Part shown: positions 27,501-29,696 of the stretch, one piece after another
How positions within the stretch are numbered: the first letter of the stretch is position 1
How the letters are laid out: each line of letters starts with the position of its first letter
Source of the DNA: Prasinococcaceae sp. CCMP 1430
Taxonomy: Eukaryota; Plantae; Prasinodermophyta
Assembly: GCA_013416795.1 (NCBI GenBank)
Contig: RQSC01000958.1
Span: forward strand, 131,401-161,096
Length of the DNA: 29,696 nucleotides
Reading direction: 5' to 3'
Made by a program: the position numbers and the translations under genes
Notes under the pieces: model-generated
Database searches by the model: none
What the model was told of the DNA's origin: nothing
What the model saw: the letters and a program-made list of their open reading frames with translations, nothing else

Positions 27501-29696
27501 CGCCCGCGCGAGCCGCGGCAGCGGCCGCGCGCACCGCGCGCGACGCTGGCGACAGGTGAGCACCGCGAAGCGGCAGCACGCCTCCAGCAAGCGTGGCGTG
27601 GCTGTCGGCAGCCCCCTCGGCGCTCTCAGGTGGTGGCGCGAACGCGGACAGATCGGCACCAAAGCGAACGCGCGCGTGCCGCACCAGCCAGCCCCAGACA
27701 GCGCGCGCTAGCGGCGTGTCGGCCTCACACAGCACGCCGTTGAGGACAGCGGCCGCACGAGCAGCCGCGCCGACCCCGGCCTTCGCGTGTGTCGCCATCG
27801 CCGCGCGCAGCAGCACCTTGGCGGAGCGCGCGATGACCTCTGCGAGGCTGACCTCCTGCATGTGGCGCAGGCCGTCGGTGGCTTCGACGATGCGCCCGAG
27901 GCTCCGCATCCCGATGCCGCGCGCGTGCAGAAACTCGGTGAGAGTGCGCCCGTCAATCGGCGACAGCTCCAGCCCGCGCAGCTCGGCAAGCAGCTTTGGC
28001 AGCGCCACACCCTCGTAGTGTGACTTGGCCGCCGCAACGAGCTCTGCGACGCTCATCGTGTGAAGGCCGACGTCGTCGCGCGCGAGGCGGAGCGCCGCGC
28101 GCACCCCCATCGCCTCAACCAGCTCCGCGTGTACGCCAGCGGCCTCGCAGGCCGACAGGGCGGAATCCTCGTCGAGCTCGGCGCCCTCCTCCGGGGCATC
28201 AGCCTCGACCTCAGCAACCGCCGCCGCAGGGGTGCGCGCGAGCGAGGCGTTCGCGTGCGCACCGTGGCCCCCGCGTGCGTTGGCCTGCGAGCGCGCGCGC
28301 GCGCGCGCTCCCGCGCCCGATCCCCGGCTCGAGGCCTTCTGCTCGCGCGCTCGCTTCTGCTCCCTAAGGTGCTGCACCCACGCCTGGCCGAACTCCCATC
28401 GAAACGCAGCAATGGGCACCATGGCTGCCGCGCTCGCGGCGGCCTCGCTTGCCTCCTCGCCAAGGCAGCCCTTGTTCGACTGGGCAAGCTGCATAACGGC
28501 CGCCTCAGCCTGGGCGACCTCAGCGTCATAGTCAGGCGACGCGTGCTCATTCAGCGCCACGCGCAGGGAGTGCAGGTTGAGCGCGTTGGCGCCCTCGTCG
28601 CGCGCCGCCTCGTCGTAGCGCTCGCGCGTGGCGTCCTCAACTTCAGCGTCCGCAGCTCCCGCGCTCGCAGCGCACGCATCAAGCCCCACCGCGCGCGCGA
28701 CGACCACCCTGCCGAGCTGGCGCACCGCGACCGTCCCGAGGGCGCGCACGTCGCGCGCCGGTGTGTTGACGTCCGCGCAGACGCCCTTGAGCAGCGCAGC
28801 GACGCTCGACGCGTCGTCCACGCCGCTGAAGGCACCCGAGCTGCTGCTCGCAGCGGCGGCAGCGTGCTCCGCGCAGTCCTGCACCTCAATCTCGATGTTG
28901 TGCGTCTCCCTCGCGTGCGCCGCCACGCCCTCGGCATCGCCGCCATCGACACAGCTCGCGAGGGCGTCTGTCGCGTGGCGCACGGCCACGTCGACGAAGG
29001 CGGCGTGCGCGAGGAATACTCGCCTGTCGCGCGCCTGCCGCTCGTCGGCCGTCACGCCGCGCTCCAGCGCGTACGCGGCAAACTCGCGCGCCCACTCACG
29101 CCCGGCGTGCGTGGCCTCGTCGCGCCCCCAGCCACCCCCATGCCCGCCCCATGCGGGGTCCTCAGCGGGCAGCGCCGCCTGGCCGCGCTCGCCCACGCCT
29201 GGCGGCGCGCACCACGTGTTGCGCCGCAGCCCCGCCGGCACGTTGCCATGCGGATTGCGCTCCTGCATGGCGCGCAGCAGGGCCGAGTAGCGCTCCTGGA
29301 AGCCGTGCAGCTTGAGCCGCAGCAGCGCAACCAGCGTGGGGCACAGCGTCTCGCTCCGCTCGCCGGCCGCGTAGAACCCCTCGGCGCACGCCACCACGCG
29401 CAGCTCGGGAGCGCCCGCCGCGCGGACCGCGCAGCAGAAGAGGCGGTCGGAGTCGTCCTCGGCCTCCGGCGCGAGCTCGACCCGCTCGATGCCATCCACC
29501 GGCGGCTCTACGTTGCCCAGGCTCAGAAAGCCGTAGAATCCCGCGAGCGTCGGCGGTGGCAGCAGCGGCTCCGCCTCGGGCGCGTCCGACGCCGCCACAG
29601 CCGCACGCAGCGCGGCGGTGGCCGCGGCCTCCTCAGGGCACGCAGAGGTGGCCACGTAGCCCGCCGCCGCGCCCCCGGCGCCCCTGCCGCCGGCGC
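24577..29696 (-). CDS. REC/TSS-type CLU-family TPR protein (REDUCED CHLOROPLAST COVERAGE-like), 5'-partial, more than 1700 aa, intronless in the window
   Basis: LAGFYGFLSL, RNPHGNVP.GLR.NTW, LPAEDPAWGG.GGG.GRD, ERQARDRR.FL.H..FVD, ANALNLHSLR, RWEFGQAW.QHL, LELSPIDGRTLTEFLH.RG, and a TPR array (ELGLDHPDT..YGDLAVFYYRLQ.TELAL.YV). The frame stays open to the window edge. Confidence 0.93.
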   Translation of the reverse strand, partial: AGGRGAGGAAAGYVATSACPEEAAATAALRAAVAASDAPEAEPLLPPPTLAGFYGFLSLGNVEPPVDGIERVELAPEAEDDSDRLFCCAVRAAGAPELRVVACAEGFYAAGERSETLCPTLVALLRLKLHGFQERYSALLRAMQERNPHGNVPAGLRRNTWCAPPGVGERGQAALPAEDPAWGGHGGGWGRDEATHAGREWAREFAAYALERGVTADERQARDRRVFLAHAAFVDVAVRHATDALASCVDGGDAEGVAAHARETHNIEIEVQDCAEHAAAAASSSSGAFSGVDDASSVAALLKGVCADVNTPARDVRALGTVAVRQLGRVVVARAVGLDACAASAGAADAEVEDATRERYDEAARDEGANALNLHSLRVALNEHASPDYDAEVAQAEAAVMQLAQSNKGCLGEEASEAAASAAAMVPIAAFRWEFGQAWVQHLREQKRAREQKASSRGSGAGARARARSQANARGGHGAHANASLARTPAAAVAEVEADAPEEGAELDEDSALSACEAAGVHAELVEAMGVRAALRLARDDVGLHTMSVAELVAAAKSHYEGVALPKLLAELRGLELSPIDGRTLTEFLHARGIGMRSLGRIVEATDGLRHMQEVSLAEVIARSAKVLLRAAMATHAKAGVGAAARAAAVLNGVLCEADTPLARAVWGWLVRHARVRFGADLSAFAPPPESAEGAADSHATLAGGVLPLRGAHLSPASRAVRAAAAAARAGAAAATRARARGQRSTLRRLALMRALCTKVGLEVVTRAYDFGCEDGVVVRAHDVLSAVPVLKQVAPTSADGRALLEASKAALDKGRLEHAAALAARALVRAAGVCGARHRASAGARSLLAVALYHTGDFSQAAAYQQTALDTCERELGLDHPDTIKAYGDLAVFYYRLQRTELALVYVRRSLQLLGMACGAEHPNTAATFINIAMMEEGCGQTQLALRYLHEALACNRRLLGRLHVQTAAAYHALAIALSLSEAYGLSVSHEQTTLNILEASLGADDPRTLDAQAWLEYFDSKQVERNEARQAGRAGPDRSIASRGHLALNDLVRFIEEEETTAADARLAVEEALEAESNAAGATTEAASSGSEGEARADAGAVEDDGCDAAQDKGDMDHEIPEGAEPVTSGADTLEAAATADSSDGTATAAEPTAAAGISSLASDDLGALTPPESSLAGDDWEDVVAPSKRRQQARDERRRAERQERRSARASQSTARGEVDTNGTRKKSGNTSKGGSSARGERVAKGERGATKAAPGPAPARAQAHAPAQPAMKPAAPSKSPMAPWAQAAGRPAAETAKTTTESSGNGSDGGAPNTVLERAWKSSPDNSSSSGQSDGAQSHPTSPRQGRAAGASVQAPPSPAKAGGTYATMLGASESKESHAQADGTSIDAAAAATTTVAKTSAETSSSDKSSEVDSSNGSDSSDKTSASKSLSAAAAPFVRPRAGVAQATGAALAAAAKLGSRRATKPSDATGSAKAQSAMSPKKASSEAMNPNAVVFVPITRPVAKAASVAARVAASVAAGAPAAKREQPQDSPTAAASKPAPDAKTSGSEGALSSPKAAPAPAPAQEKKPTTLESAPAAAPAAASKAAAPRGSWARPLSLATVPASVHALEPTATPTPLGGSTGSSEPASSDCASVDAGASLPSEPEAEETDGFVVVRPRKQAKQATGSRSRARQVGGARAGRSKRSPSGTVRRPAVSAA

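Noticed and set aside
24509-28952. Multiple plus-strand ORFs (e.g. 24509..25624, 25371..26528) opposite REC
   Set aside because: Antisense shadows of a GC-rich coding region; low complexity and no motifs.

Overview
A gene-dense, very GC-rich eukaryotic nuclear window. It contains spliceosomal GT-AG introns with GT(G/A)CG(T/C) donors and CTGAC branch points, plastid-protein genes and TGTAA-type poly(A) signals. This points to a green alga; prasinophyte grade is an inference. I could model 15 protein-coding loci by splicing by hand: nitrate reductase, an SLC37/GlpT transporter, an At5g03900-like membrane protein, TDP2, Fes1/HspBP1, REV7, a small orphan single-TM protein, an SLC22-like transporter, a sucrose-phosphatase-like HAD with an N-terminal CBM-like module, a half-length RETICULATA-family (DUF3411) reading frame, SEC11, Tic20, a purple acid phosphatase, phosphatidylinositol synthase, and a 5'-partial REC/CLU-family TPR protein. 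Most genes sit in tight head-to-head pairs. The most unusual feature is at 15232-17636. There the RETICULATA half-gene stops exactly over the ATG of the phosphatase gene (ATGGGTGA), and one 37-nt GT-AG intron would fuse the two in frame. Other notable items are a perfect GATA+CCAAT inverted repeat upstream of nitrate reductase, a frame break in the purple acid phosphatase, and introns built from alternating purine-pyrimidine tracts. No tRNA, rRNA, CRISPR array or mobile element could be supported. All family assignments come from motif recognition, not database searches.
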